In this document: in pieces, positions 1 to 8,062 of the stretch
How the letters are laid out: every line of letters begins with the position of its first letter
How positions within the stretch are numbered: position 1 is the stretch's first letter
Assembly (NCBI GenBank): GCA_963697415.1
Contig: CAVONW010000003.1
Coordinates: 2,106,706 to 2,170,705 of the forward strand
Direction: 5' to 3'
Origin: an uncultured Chloroflexia bacterium
Lineage (GTDB): Bacteria; Chloroflexota; Limnocylindria; Limnocylindrales; CSP1-4
DNA: 64,000 nt
Notes under the pieces: generated by a model
Seen by the model: the letters and a program-made list of their open reading frames with translations, nothing else
Told to the model about the DNA's origin: nothing
Database searches by the model: none
Position numbers and translations under genes: made by a program

Positions 1-560
1 GACTCCAGCTCGGTGATGAGGATCGCTTCCTGTGCGCCTTCGAAGATCGCGGCGTAGCGGAGCTCGGACGCGACGACCGCTTCCTGCGTCCGTTTCTGAT
101 CCGTGATGTCCGCGATCGTGCCGAGCATCCGCACCGGTCGTCCGGACCTGTCGAACTCCAGCGCGCCGCGCCCGTGGACCCAGCGCTCCTCGCCGGTGTC
201 CGCGCGGAGGATCCGATACTGCTTGTCGAACGGCCGACCCTGGCCGAGCACCTCGTCAGTGAGGTAGGCGACCATCATGTCGCGGTCAGCCGGATGCACG
301 AGCGAGACCCAGCCATCTACCGACCGCTCGAACAAGGCACCGATGCCGAAGATCGCGTCCAGGCCGTTCGAGCTTACCCAACGGCCCGCGACGAGGTCGG
401 TTGAGTACGAACCGATCTGGGCGACCGACTCCACCTCGTCGAGTGGGCTGTCCCCGAACGGCGCGCTGTCACGCGGCACCCTCGCGGAGGCCGAGGTTGC
501 CGGGTGTGCCCGGCGCGTGCGTTTGCTGCTGTCGGTGGTGTCGATCTTGACTCGTGTCAT
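1..560 (-). CDS. PAS-domain sensor protein (partial; C-terminal part runs off the window start)
   Basis: Manual minus-strand translation from ATG at 560: MTRVKIDTTD...GSYSTDLVAGRWVSSNGLDAIFGI...VHPADRDMMVAY...GRPFDKQYRILRADTGEERWVHGRG..DRSGRPVRMLGTIADITDQKRTQEA, a classic PAS_3/PAS_9 signature. No stop occurs before position 1, which is why it is absent from the ORF track. Confidence 0.6.
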   Translation of the reverse strand, partial: MTRVKIDTTDSSKRTRRAHPATSASARVPRDSAPFGDSPLDEVESVAQIGSYSTDLVAGRWVSSNGLDAIFGIGALFERSVDGWVSLVHPADRDMMVAYLTDEVLGQGRPFDKQYRILRADTGEERWVHGRGALEFDRSGRPVRMLGTIADITDQKRTQEAVVASELRYAAIFEGAQEAILITELE

Positions 561-904
561 CTCGGTCGTCGGCTTCGTCCATGCTCGGCCTGGCGACTGC
601 ACGCACAGCTGCGGGGTGCATATCCCGTTCCGCAGATGCCCAGCGTCAGGCTCTGCCCACCGAGACCCATGCTCCGGGTGGCGATGAATCCGCTCAGGAT
701 CAGCGTCACCCCGAGCGGGTCACCCTGCCGGCTGAGGATGTCGCCCCTGTGAAAGGGCTGCACGATCGCCTGTGCAACGAGACGATCGCGAGTGTCCTGG
801 TGCACGTCGGGGAGGAAGCGCGTGAGCTCCGCGTGGAGCGTAGCGCCCAGCTCATGCACGAGGGGCCCCATCGCGACCGTGTGGCCAAGCGGCGACGATT
901 TCAT
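557..904 (-). CDS. small protein with cyclic-nucleotide-binding-like (Crp-type beta-roll) motif; ATGA-coupled to the downstream PAS gene
   Basis: 115-aa ORF. The segment FHRGDILSRQGDPLGVTLILSGFIATRSMGLGGQSLTLGICGTGY resembles the cNMP-binding fold pattern (G-D/E...G..hhhhsG.h.h.....G.e..l..h..Gd.fGe). Its stop overlaps the PAS start codon (ATGA at 557-560). High GC makes spurious ORFs common, so confidence is low. Confidence 0.3.
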   Translation of the reverse strand: MKSSPLGHTVAMGPLVHELGATLHAELTRFLPDVHQDTRDRLVAQAIVQPFHRGDILSRQGDPLGVTLILSGFIATRSMGLGGQSLTLGICGTGYAPRSCACSRQAEHGRSRRPR

Positions 905-953
905 CGCGACGGAGCCGGGTAACGCGACGCCCTCGCGGGGGCTGAGGCCCCAT

Positions 954-977
954 GGGCTGCCCCCTGGGCTGCCCCCT
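954..977. repeat. perfect 12-bp tandem duplication (GGGCTGCCCCCT)x2 about 240 nt upstream of dnaE
   Basis: Read directly at 954-977. Confidence 0.5.
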
Positions 978-1212
978 GGATTCGCTGATCCTTGGCGGTT
1001 CGATCCGGTCTCGTGTCATCGCGGTCGTGGAGCCTCGTCAGGTCCCGGCAAAGACGCGCGAGACCGAGCGGTGCTTTCTCGCACCAACCCGATCTTCGAG
1101 CCAACCTCGGCCTCGACACAATGGGACGGACGGGTCGGTCGCAGCCGCCGATGGTCCCGGTCCCGCCGCCCGTCCGGCCGGGCACCGCTGCCCGGGCTAC
1201 CATTGCCCTCCC

Positions 1213-4200
1213 GTGAGCATCGCTTCGAACGACTTCGTCCACCTCCACACTCACTCGGAGTTCAGCCTGCTCGACGGGCTCGGGCGGATCCCGGATCTCG
1301 TCGACGAGGCCGGCGTGCAGGGGTTCGACAGCCTCGCGATCACCGATCACGGCGCGCTCCACGGCGCCGTTGCGTTCTACCAGGCCGCGAAGGCGAAGGA
1401 CCTCAAGCCGATCATCGGCGTCGAGACGTATGTCGCCCGCCGGTCGATGACGGACAAGGAAGGCAAGGCGGACGCCCAGCCCTTCCACCTGATCCTCCTG
1501 GCCTCGAACGAGGTTGGCTACGGGAACCTGTGCCGGCTTGTGACCGACGCACACCTGGATGGCTACTACTACAAGCCCAGGATCGATCGAGAGCATCTCG
1601 CGAAATACAGCGAGGGCCTCGTCGGCCTGTCCGCATGCCTGAACGGCGAGGTGGCGCGCGCCCTCGAAGTCGAGGACTGGGACCTCGCGCGGACGCTGGC
1701 CGGCGAATACGGGGACATCTTCGGCAAGGACCGGTTCTTCCTCGAGCTCCAGGACCACGGCCTGGCGGAGCAGCGCCGGCTCAACGAACAGCTCCTACGC
1801 CTGGCGCCCGAGGTGGGCCTGCCGCTCGTGGTGACCAACGATCTCCACTACGTCTACCGGAAGCAGGCGGCCGCTCACGACGTCCTGCTGTGCGTTGGAA
1901 CCGGCAACAACCTCGACACGCCGGGCCGGATGAAGTTCGAGTCGGACGGGTTCTACCTGAAGTCCGCGGCCGAGATGGAGGCGCTCTTCCCGGATCAGCG
2001 CGAGGCACTCCTGAACACCCGCCGGATCGCCGAGATGTGCGACCTGACGCTGCCGCTCGGGCAGCTCCGGATCCCGCACTTCCCGGTGCCCGACGGGGAG
2101 ACCGTGGAGTCCTGGCTCCGCAAGGAGTGCGAGCGCGGATTGACCTGGCGTTATGGGACCGTGACCCCGGAGCTGCAGACCCGTCTGGACTACGAGCTCG
2201 GGGTCATCCTCTCGATGGGCTACGCCGGCTACTTCCTCATCGTTGCGGACTTCATCCGGTTCGCCCGGGAGCAGGGCATCCAGACCACCTGCCGCGGGAG
2301 TGCGCCGGGCTCCATCGTGACCTACACGCTCGGGATCACCCCGGTCGATCCCATCGCCTACGGCCTGCCCTTCGAGCGGTTCCTCAACCCCGATCGCGTC
2401 ACGATGCCGGACATCGATGTCGACTTCCAGGATGACCGGCGCGACGAGGTCATCGCCTACGTCTCCCGGAAGTACGGCCAGGACCACGTGGCCCAGATCA
2501 TCACCTTCGGAACGATGCTCGCGCGGGCCGCGATCCGCGACGTCGGTCGCGTCCTGGGGCACTCCTACGGCGACGTTGACCGCATCGCCAAGGCCGTCCC
2601 GAACCAGCTCGGTATCCGCCTGGACGAGGCACTCCAGATCAGCCCGGCGCTGCGCGAGCAGGTGGAGGCGGACGAGGGCGTCAAGAAGGTCATTGAATTC
2701 GCGCGCCAGCTCGAGGGCGTCGCCCGCAATGCGTCGACACACGCGGCCGGCGTCGTCATCAGCCGCGAGCCCTTGACCGAACTCATGCCGCTCCAGCGGG
2801 CGACGAACTCTGAAGGCCTGATGACGCAGTACGAGATGCACGCCATCGAGGCGCTCGGCCTGCTCAAGTTCGATTTCCTGGGCCTGTCCAACCTGACGAT
2901 CCTCAAGAACGCCGTGGACATGATCCGAGCGTTGCGGGGTGTTGAGATCGACCTGGACACGATTCCGCTCGATGACGCCACCACGTTCGAGCTCCTGGCG
3001 TCGGGCGAGACCACCGGCATCTTCCAGCTGGAGTCGGCGGGCATGCGCCGGTATGTTCGCGAGCTCCGTCCGACATCGGTCTTCGACCTCGCGGCGATGG
3101 TCGCGCTGTATCGCCCCGGCCCGATGGACAACATCCCGGCCTACATCCGGCGCAAGCACGGCCAGGAGCCGGTCACGTACCTCCATCCGCTGCTCGAGCC
3201 GTTCCTCGAGCGGACGTATGGGATCTTCGTCTACCAGGAGGACATCATGGCCGCCGCGATCGCGCTGGGCGGCTTCACCGGACCCGAGGCGGACACCCTG
3301 GGCTACGCGATCCGCAAGAAGAAGTCGTCCGTCCTGCGCGCCCAGAAGGAGAAGTTCGTCACCCAGGCCGCGGAACGCGGCGTCCCGCCCCAGACGATCG
3401 ATGCGGTGTTCAAGGCATTCGAGCCGTTCGAACGGTATGGCTTCAACAAGGCCCATGCCACGTGCTACGGACTGATCGCCTATCAGACCGCGTACCTCAA
3501 GGCCAACTACACCGTCGAGTACATGACGAGCGTTCTGTCGGCCTTCCGGAGCTCCGAGGAGAAGGTCGCGGCGGCCGTCGCGGAGTGCCGTCGCCTGGGC
3601 ATCGAGGTGCGGCCGCCCGACATCCATCGGAGCCAGCTCGAGTTCACCGTCGAGGGCGACGCGATCCGGTTCGGCCTGCTGGCCGTCAAGAACGTCGGCC
3701 AGGGCGCCATCGAGTCGATCATCGCCGCGCGCGATGCCGACGGCCCGTTCCGGTCGCTGACCGACTTCTGCACCCGGATCGACCTGCGCCTGAGCAATCG
3801 CAAGGTGCTCGAATCGCTGGCGAAGGTCGGCGCCATCAATGCGTTCGGGCATCCCGCCCAGATCCTCGCCGGCCTCGATGACGCCACGGCCGCCGCGCAA
3901 GCCACGCAACGGGACCAGATCTCCGGCCAGACCTCGCTGTTCGACATGGGCGCCACCGACGCAGCTGTGCTGGAACGCCCGCTCGCATCGACGCCGGAGG
4001 CCCCGGTCCGCGAGCGCCTCCGATGGGAGAAGGAGCTCCTTGGGCTGTACCTCTCGGAGCACCCGATGGGCGAGGTCGCGGATCAGGTGGGCAACTTCGT
4101 GACGGCCTACTCCGGCGACCTCAAGGACGAATCACTGGATGGGCAGCGTCTCGTCCTCGGGGGGATCGTCGTCGCCTCGCGATCCGTCGTGACCCGGGCG

Positions 4201-5103
4201 CGGGCAACCATGGCGGTCGTGACCCTCGAGGATCTGCAAGGCTCGATCGAGGTCGTGGTGTTCCCCAGGCTCTACGAACAGACCGGTCCGATCTGGGCCG
4301 AAGGCTCGATCCTCCTCGTCGCCGGCCGGGTGGACCATCGGGGCGAGGACGCGTCGCTCCTGGCCGATGTCGTGGTCCCCTGGGACGAGGCAGTCACGAA
4401 GGGCGCGGAGGCGTTTGCGCGTGAGGTTGCCGCCGGTGACCGAGGCTCGTCAAGGCGACGCCAGGGCGCGCCGGCCGCGGAGGGGAGCGGCAACGGCTAC
4501 CGAAGTGGCAATGGGAACGGGAACGCGAATGGAAACGGGAACGGCGCAACGGCCCCGCGGCCTGCGAGTGGTGTGCCCGCGGCCGAGGTGATGGCACGAA
4601 GCACGACGAGTCCGGACCGTCCGTCGCCGGGTCGTCGTCCGGATGTTCCCTACGTGTCACCGCTTCGCGCCGACGCGGCCGCCGTGACCGCTCTCCCGCC
4701 GATCGCCCCGGCGGAACCCATCCCGACCTATCCGCCAACGCTCGAGACCAACGGAGACCCGCGAGATCGGGACGACGAGCCGGCGCTTCCCGATGAGGCG
4801 CGGACGCGGGCCGTGGCTGCGGCGACAGCCGAGACGGTGCCCGTGGAGAACGCGGGCCCCGACCGCATACTTCACGTCCGGTTCGGCGGTGCGCCAGCGG
4901 AGGAGCTGGTCCGCGCGATGAAGACGTTCCGCCAGCTCGTTCGCGAGCGACCGGGCGAGACCCGGGTCATCGTCCACATCCCGGCACCGGGTGGAACGGC
5001 ACTCCCGATGGAGCTGGCACAGACCGTGGCCTACGACGCCGAGCTGTCGGCGGAAGTCACGCGCCAACTTGGCGAAGGAGCCGTGGACCTGCGCCTCGTC
5101 TGA
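1213..5103 (+). CDS. dnaE: DNA polymerase III alpha subunit DnaE (with about 230-aa low-complexity C-terminal extension)
   Basis: The PHP domain begins DFVHLHTHSEFSLLDG, followed by the pol III alpha core, HhH and OB regions; about 1297 aa. Start was moved to GTG 1213, in frame with ORF 952..5103, because the ORF-track N-terminus is non-conserved and proline/arginine-rich. Confidence 0.93.
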   Translation: MSIASNDFVHLHTHSEFSLLDGLGRIPDLVDEAGVQGFDSLAITDHGALHGAVAFYQAAKAKDLKPIIGVETYVARRSMTDKEGKADAQPFHLILLASNEVGYGNLCRLVTDAHLDGYYYKPRIDREHLAKYSEGLVGLSACLNGEVARALEVEDWDLARTLAGEYGDIFGKDRFFLELQDHGLAEQRRLNEQLLRLAPEVGLPLVVTNDLHYVYRKQAAAHDVLLCVGTGNNLDTPGRMKFESDGFYLKSAAEMEALFPDQREALLNTRRIAEMCDLTLPLGQLRIPHFPVPDGETVESWLRKECERGLTWRYGTVTPELQTRLDYELGVILSMGYAGYFLIVADFIRFAREQGIQTTCRGSAPGSIVTYTLGITPVDPIAYGLPFERFLNPDRVTMPDIDVDFQDDRRDEVIAYVSRKYGQDHVAQIITFGTMLARAAIRDVGRVLGHSYGDVDRIAKAVPNQLGIRLDEALQISPALREQVEADEGVKKVIEFARQLEGVARNASTHAAGVVISREPLTELMPLQRATNSEGLMTQYEMHAIEALGLLKFDFLGLSNLTILKNAVDMIRALRGVEIDLDTIPLDDATTFELLASGETTGIFQLESAGMRRYVRELRPTSVFDLAAMVALYRPGPMDNIPAYIRRKHGQEPVTYLHPLLEPFLERTYGIFVYQEDIMAAAIALGGFTGPEADTLGYAIRKKKSSVLRAQKEKFVTQAAERGVPPQTIDAVFKAFEPFERYGFNKAHATCYGLIAYQTAYLKANYTVEYMTSVLSAFRSSEEKVAAAVAECRRLGIEVRPPDIHRSQLEFTVEGDAIRFGLLAVKNVGQGAIESIIAARDADGPFRSLTDFCTRIDLRLSNRKVLESLAKVGAINAFGHPAQILAGLDDATAAAQATQRDQISGQTSLFDMGATDAAVLERPLASTPEAPVRERLRWEKELLGLYLSEHPMGEVADQVGNFVTAYSGDLKDESLDGQRLVLGGIVVASRSVVTRARATMAVVTLEDLQGSIEVVVFPRLYEQTGPIWAEGSILLVAGRVDHRGEDASLLADVVVPWDEAVTKGAEAFAREVAAGDRGSSRRRQGAPAAEGSGNGYRSGNGNGNANGNGNGATAPRPASGVPAAEVMARSTTSPDRPSPGRRPDVPYVSPLRADAAAVTALPPIAPAEPIPTYPPTLETNGDPRDRDDEPALPDEARTRAVAAATAETVPVENAGPDRILHVRFGGAPAEELVRAMKTFRQLVRERPGETRVIVHIPAPGGTALPMELAQTVAYDAELSAEVTRQLGEGAVDLRLV
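4489..4551 (+). repeat. tandem hexanucleotide (aacggg/aatggg) repeat encoding GNGYRSGNGNGNANGNGNGA within the dnaE C-terminal tail
   Basis: Direct reading of 4489-4551: ggcaacggctaccgaagtggcaatgggaacgggaacgcgaatggaaacgggaacggcgcaacg. Confidence 0.5.
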
Positions 5104-5123
5104 GGCGCGCCGCGCTGCCCGGG

Positions 5124-5687
5124 CTAATCCCGCGCGAGTCGTCGGGCAGCGCGAATCAGCGCGAACTGGTCGACATACGCCTCGCGGATGGTGTTGAGCG
5201 TCGGACGATCGACGCCGAGCTCCTTGGCGATCCCGTTGATAACCTGGGCCTCGTCGCTCGAGATCTCGTCGTCCGCAGCGCCGACCGCGAAGCAAGCGCG
5301 CAGGACGGCCAGCTTCTGGGCGTCCGACGCGAACCCTGCGAACTCGCGCGTCACGAGGTAGTCCTCCGTCCCGAACTTCGCCCGCGCCTGGAGCTTGGCC
5401 ATCTGGACCACGAGAACGGCCTGGGCCTCGTCAAGCTCACCGAGCTCGTGGACCGCCGACTCCATCACGGTAGTCTCGTCGTCGCCGATGTCGAGGTCGG
5501 CGTGAGCCGCGCGCGCCAGGATGTAGGCGAACCCGGCCAGGAACCGCGCCCGTTCGACCGGAAGGGAGTCGAGGCGCGCGACGATCCGACGAACGGTCTC
5601 GGTCTCGCCCGCGGCGGAACTAGCCGCAGATCCTTCCGCCACTGGATCGGAGGCGGGCGCCCTGATCAGACGATCGAGGAAGGACAT
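5124..5687 (-). CDS. TerB-family (tellurite-resistance TerB / DjlA N-terminal-like) protein
   Basis: The protein starting MSFLDRLIR... has two TerB-like halves (..ARFLAGFAYILARAAHADLDIGDDE.. and ..LAVLRACFAVGAADDEISSDEAQVINGIAKELG..). The ORF-track 5' extension to 5867 would overlap a tRNA, so the gene was truncated to ATG 5687. Confidence 0.6.
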   Translation of the reverse strand: MSFLDRLIRAPASDPVAEGSAASSAAGETETVRRIVARLDSLPVERARFLAGFAYILARAAHADLDIGDDETTVMESAVHELGELDEAQAVLVVQMAKLQARAKFGTEDYLVTREFAGFASDAQKLAVLRACFAVGAADDEISSDEAQVINGIAKELGVDRPTLNTIREAYVDQFALIRAARRLARD

Positions 5688-5739
5688 GCGCGTCACTTTA
5701 CGAGATCGTCGAGGTCTCGGCCGGAGGGCCGAGGAGCAT

Positions 5740-5826
5740 TGGTGCCGGAGCCGGGACTTGAACCCGGATGAGGTTGCCCTCAACGGTGTTTGAGACCGTC
5801 GCGTCTGCCGATTCCGCCACTCCGGC
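5740..5826 (-). tRNA. tRNA-Leu(CAA), type II with long variable arm, CCA encoded
   Basis: Reverse complement: GCCGGAGTGGCGGAATCGGCAGACGCGACGGTCTCAAACACCGTTGAGGGCAACCTCATCCGGGTTCAAGTCCCGGCTCCGGCACCA. Anticodon stem ACGGT/ACCGT, loop CUCAAAC. Confidence 0.9.
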
Positions 5827-5872
5827 CGGGGTGGTGCGCACCAGATCGTAGTCGCTGGGAACAACATCCGGA

Positions 5873-6556
5873 ATGACCGCGTCCTCCCGGCGACCGATGC
5901 TAGACTCGCGCCGCTTCAGTATCGCCGTCCGGAGGACCCCCCTGGCCGTGGAGGATCGTCGCTCGAGCACGGCGTCCGATGATCCCGCCCAGCGGCGCGA
6001 CCTCGTACTCATCGCGCAGGCACGCGGCGGGGACCTGAACGCGTTCAACGACCTCGTCCTCTGCTACCAGGACCTGCTCTACGCACTGGTCGTCCGGATG
6101 GTCCCGGACCGGGACCAGGCAGCCGACGCGGTTCAGGAGGCGTTCTTCTCCGCGTATCGAAACTTGCACGCCTTCCGCGGCGGCTCCTTCCGGTCGTGGA
6201 TCAGCCGGATCGCGATCAATGCCGCAATGGATGCTCAGCGCCTGAAGAAGCGGCGGCCCGCGGATCCGTATCCGGAGTTCGAGGACGACAGCTGGCAGCC
6301 GCCGGCGACGGAGGCAGACGATCCGGTCACCACGACGCTCCAGGCGGAGCGGCATCGGGCCCTCAACGGCGCGCTGGCCCGGATCACGGATGACCAGCGG
6401 ACCGCGATCGTCCTGTTCGATGTCGAGGGCTATGACTACGCCGAGATCGCCGGGCTGATGGGCGTCTCCCTGGGCACCATCAAGTCGCGTATCCACCGGG
6501 GTCGGCTCGCGCTCCGCGATCTCCTCGCCGACCGGATGGACCTGTTCCGTGCCTGA
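5873..6556 (+). CDS. ECF (sigma-70 family, group 4) RNA polymerase sigma factor
   Basis: Region 2 (LVLIAQARGGDLNAFNDLVLCYQDLLYALVVRMVPDRDQAADAVQEAFFSAYRNLHAF) and region 4 (LARITDDQRTAIVLFDVEGYDYAEIAGLMGVSLGTIKSRIHRGR) are both present. The true start is uncertain; alternatives are ATG 5897 and GTG 5948, and the gene lies only 46 nt from the tRNA. Confidence 0.8.
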   Translation: MTASSRRPMLDSRRFSIAVRRTPLAVEDRRSSTASDDPAQRRDLVLIAQARGGDLNAFNDLVLCYQDLLYALVVRMVPDRDQAADAVQEAFFSAYRNLHAFRGGSFRSWISRIAINAAMDAQRLKKRRPADPYPEFEDDSWQPPATEADDPVTTTLQAERHRALNGALARITDDQRTAIVLFDVEGYDYAEIAGLMGVSLGTIKSRIHRGRLALRDLLADRMDLFRA

Positions 6557-7217
6557 TCCGATCGGCATGGCCGGGGCGCACGCCACGCACGATCTCGAGC
6601 TGATCGCGCGCGCCGCCTCAGGCGAGCTGGCCTCGGGTGAGGCGACGTCTGCCCGCAAGCTGCTCGCCTCGTGCCCTGCCTGCTCTGCAGTGGCCGGGGA
6701 CCTTCTGGCGATCGCAGCCGCGACCCGCCAGCTGCGGAACGTCGCCGGCCAGGTCGCCGCGGCCCCGGCGTCGCGAGACTTCCGTCTGACCGAGACCGAT
6801 GCCGCACGCGTGCGACGCCGGCGCTGGTTCGGGCTCGGCAGCCTGTCCGATGCCGGCCGCGCCCGCGGCCTCGGTGCTGCCCTGACCACGATGGGCCTGG
6901 TGGGCCTCCTTGTATCCACCGCATCGCCGGCCTTCTTCGGTGCGGCGGGCAGTGCAGAGACCGTCCTCGAAATGGTGGGGGCCGCCGCCGGAGCGCCAGA
7001 GCAGGCGCCAACGCTGGGCCCGCTCGAGGCCCCGCCGGCGGCCGATGGGTCGGCCACCAAGTCGACCGCTGATCCGCTCCGGTCGGAGATCGACAGTGTC
7101 GATGCCGGCGCGCCGCTGGACGGCCGGATCATCCTCGCCGCCGGGTCGGCGTTCGTCCTGGTCGCGGGAGTCGTCCTGCTGCTTTGGGCGCGCCGCAGGA
7201 AGAGCGCCGGTCCCTGA
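6549..7217 (+). CDS. zinc-finger (zf-HC2-type) membrane anti-sigma factor
   Basis: GTG start overlaps the sigma factor stop (GTGCCTGA). The N-terminus HATHDLE...LASCPACS is an H-x3-C-x2-C anti-sigma motif. A central TM segment (LTTMGLVGLLV) and a C-terminal TM (ILAAGSAFVLVAGVVLLLW) are present. Confidence 0.6.
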   Translation: MPDPIGMAGAHATHDLELIARAASGELASGEATSARKLLASCPACSAVAGDLLAIAAATRQLRNVAGQVAAAPASRDFRLTETDAARVRRRRWFGLGSLSDAGRARGLGAALTTMGLVGLLVSTASPAFFGAAGSAETVLEMVGAAAGAPEQAPTLGPLEAPPAADGSATKSTADPLRSEIDSVDAGAPLDGRIILAAGSAFVLVAGVVLLLWARRRKSAGP

Positions 7218-7255
7218 GGGAACCGGGTGGGTCGATACCCCGTCCAACCGGCGAG

Positions 7256-7984
7256 ATGATGCCCCAGACTCCACGTCCGGACGCGGTCTCGCATGCTACC
7301 CACGATCGCCTCGCGGTTGCGGCCCTGGCAGCGGGCGACCTGTCCGGAGCGGACCAGATCCACGCGAGCACCCTGGTCGAGACTTGCGAGGCCTGCGAGA
7401 TCCTCGTGTCGGAGCTTCACGTACTTGCCGAGGCAACACGCGGCCTCCCGCCTCCGGTTCGAGGGGTGGCCCGTGACTTCCGGATCTCACCCGAGCGGGC
7501 GGTATCGCTGGCTCGTGGCGGTCATTGGCGACGGTTCCTCCGGCCGTTCGGGCGGCCGGGTAACGCCACGATCCGTCCGCTCGCGGCGATGTTCTCCACC
7601 CTCGGAGTTGCCGGCCTGCTGCTCGCCGCGCTGCCGCTCTTGCCGCTCGCCGGTGGAAGCGCGTCCATGGGCACGGCAGACGGTGCCGCGGACGTCCGCG
7701 AGGCTCCCGCGGCGGCGAGTCCGGACCCCGGGACGAAGCTGCTCCTCAGCCCAAGCGTCGGTCCGCCGAACGACGAGCTCGTGGGCGATGCGGAGGCCGG
7801 AGCGGTCAGCGAGCCGACGCACATTGATGCGGGGGGCCCGATGCAGGCCCCCGAAACGACTGAGACGCCCGTGGCAGAGGAGCGCCCGGACCTCCCGACG
7901 CTGCTCGTCCCCGTAAGCCTCGCGTTCCTGGGGGCCGGGCTCGGGTTGTTCATCCTGCGGCGGGCTGCCACGCGACTTCGCTGA
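7256..7984 (+). CDS. second zf-HC2-type membrane anti-sigma factor (paralog of 6549..7217)
   Basis: The same HATHDRL...ETCEACE motif, followed by a TM segment (FSTLGVAGLLLAALPLLPLAGG) and a C-terminal TM (LLVPVSLAFLGAGLGLFIL). Start was placed at ATG 7256 (MMPQTPRP). Confidence 0.55.
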   Translation: MMPQTPRPDAVSHATHDRLAVAALAAGDLSGADQIHASTLVETCEACEILVSELHVLAEATRGLPPPVRGVARDFRISPERAVSLARGGHWRRFLRPFGRPGNATIRPLAAMFSTLGVAGLLLAALPLLPLAGGSASMGTADGAADVREAPAAASPDPGTKLLLSPSVGPPNDELVGDAEAGAVSEPTHIDAGGPMQAPETTETPVAEERPDLPTLLVPVSLAFLGAGLGLFILRRAATRLR

Positions 7985-8062
7985 GACCCGGGCGCCGGGC
8001 ACTGCGCCGGTACACTTGACGCCACGTCCCGCACCCCGCGGACATCCCATTGAGGCTCGCCG

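Noticed and set aside
792-4062. Large antisense or alternate-frame ORFs inside dnaE (792..2435 +, 1795..4062 -, 901..1758 -) and similar ones inside polA, uvrB, uvrA, ileS
   Set aside because: These translate to Arg/Pro/Gly-rich low-complexity sequences without motifs. This is typical of stop-codon-poor alternate frames in 70% GC DNA, and real conserved genes occupy the sense frames.
5688-5867. 5' extension of the TerB-like ORF (ORF track 5124..5867)
   Set aside because: The extension would run through the tRNA-Leu(CAA) gene at 5740-5826. The conserved N-terminus starts at MSFLDRLIR (ATG 5687).
7985-8062. Short CCCGG-GCG-CCGGG hairpin after the second anti-sigma gene as a rho-independent terminator
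   Set aside because: The stem is only 5 bp with no following U-tract. Intrinsic terminators are rarely recognisable in high-GC actinobacterial DNA, so this is too weak to call.
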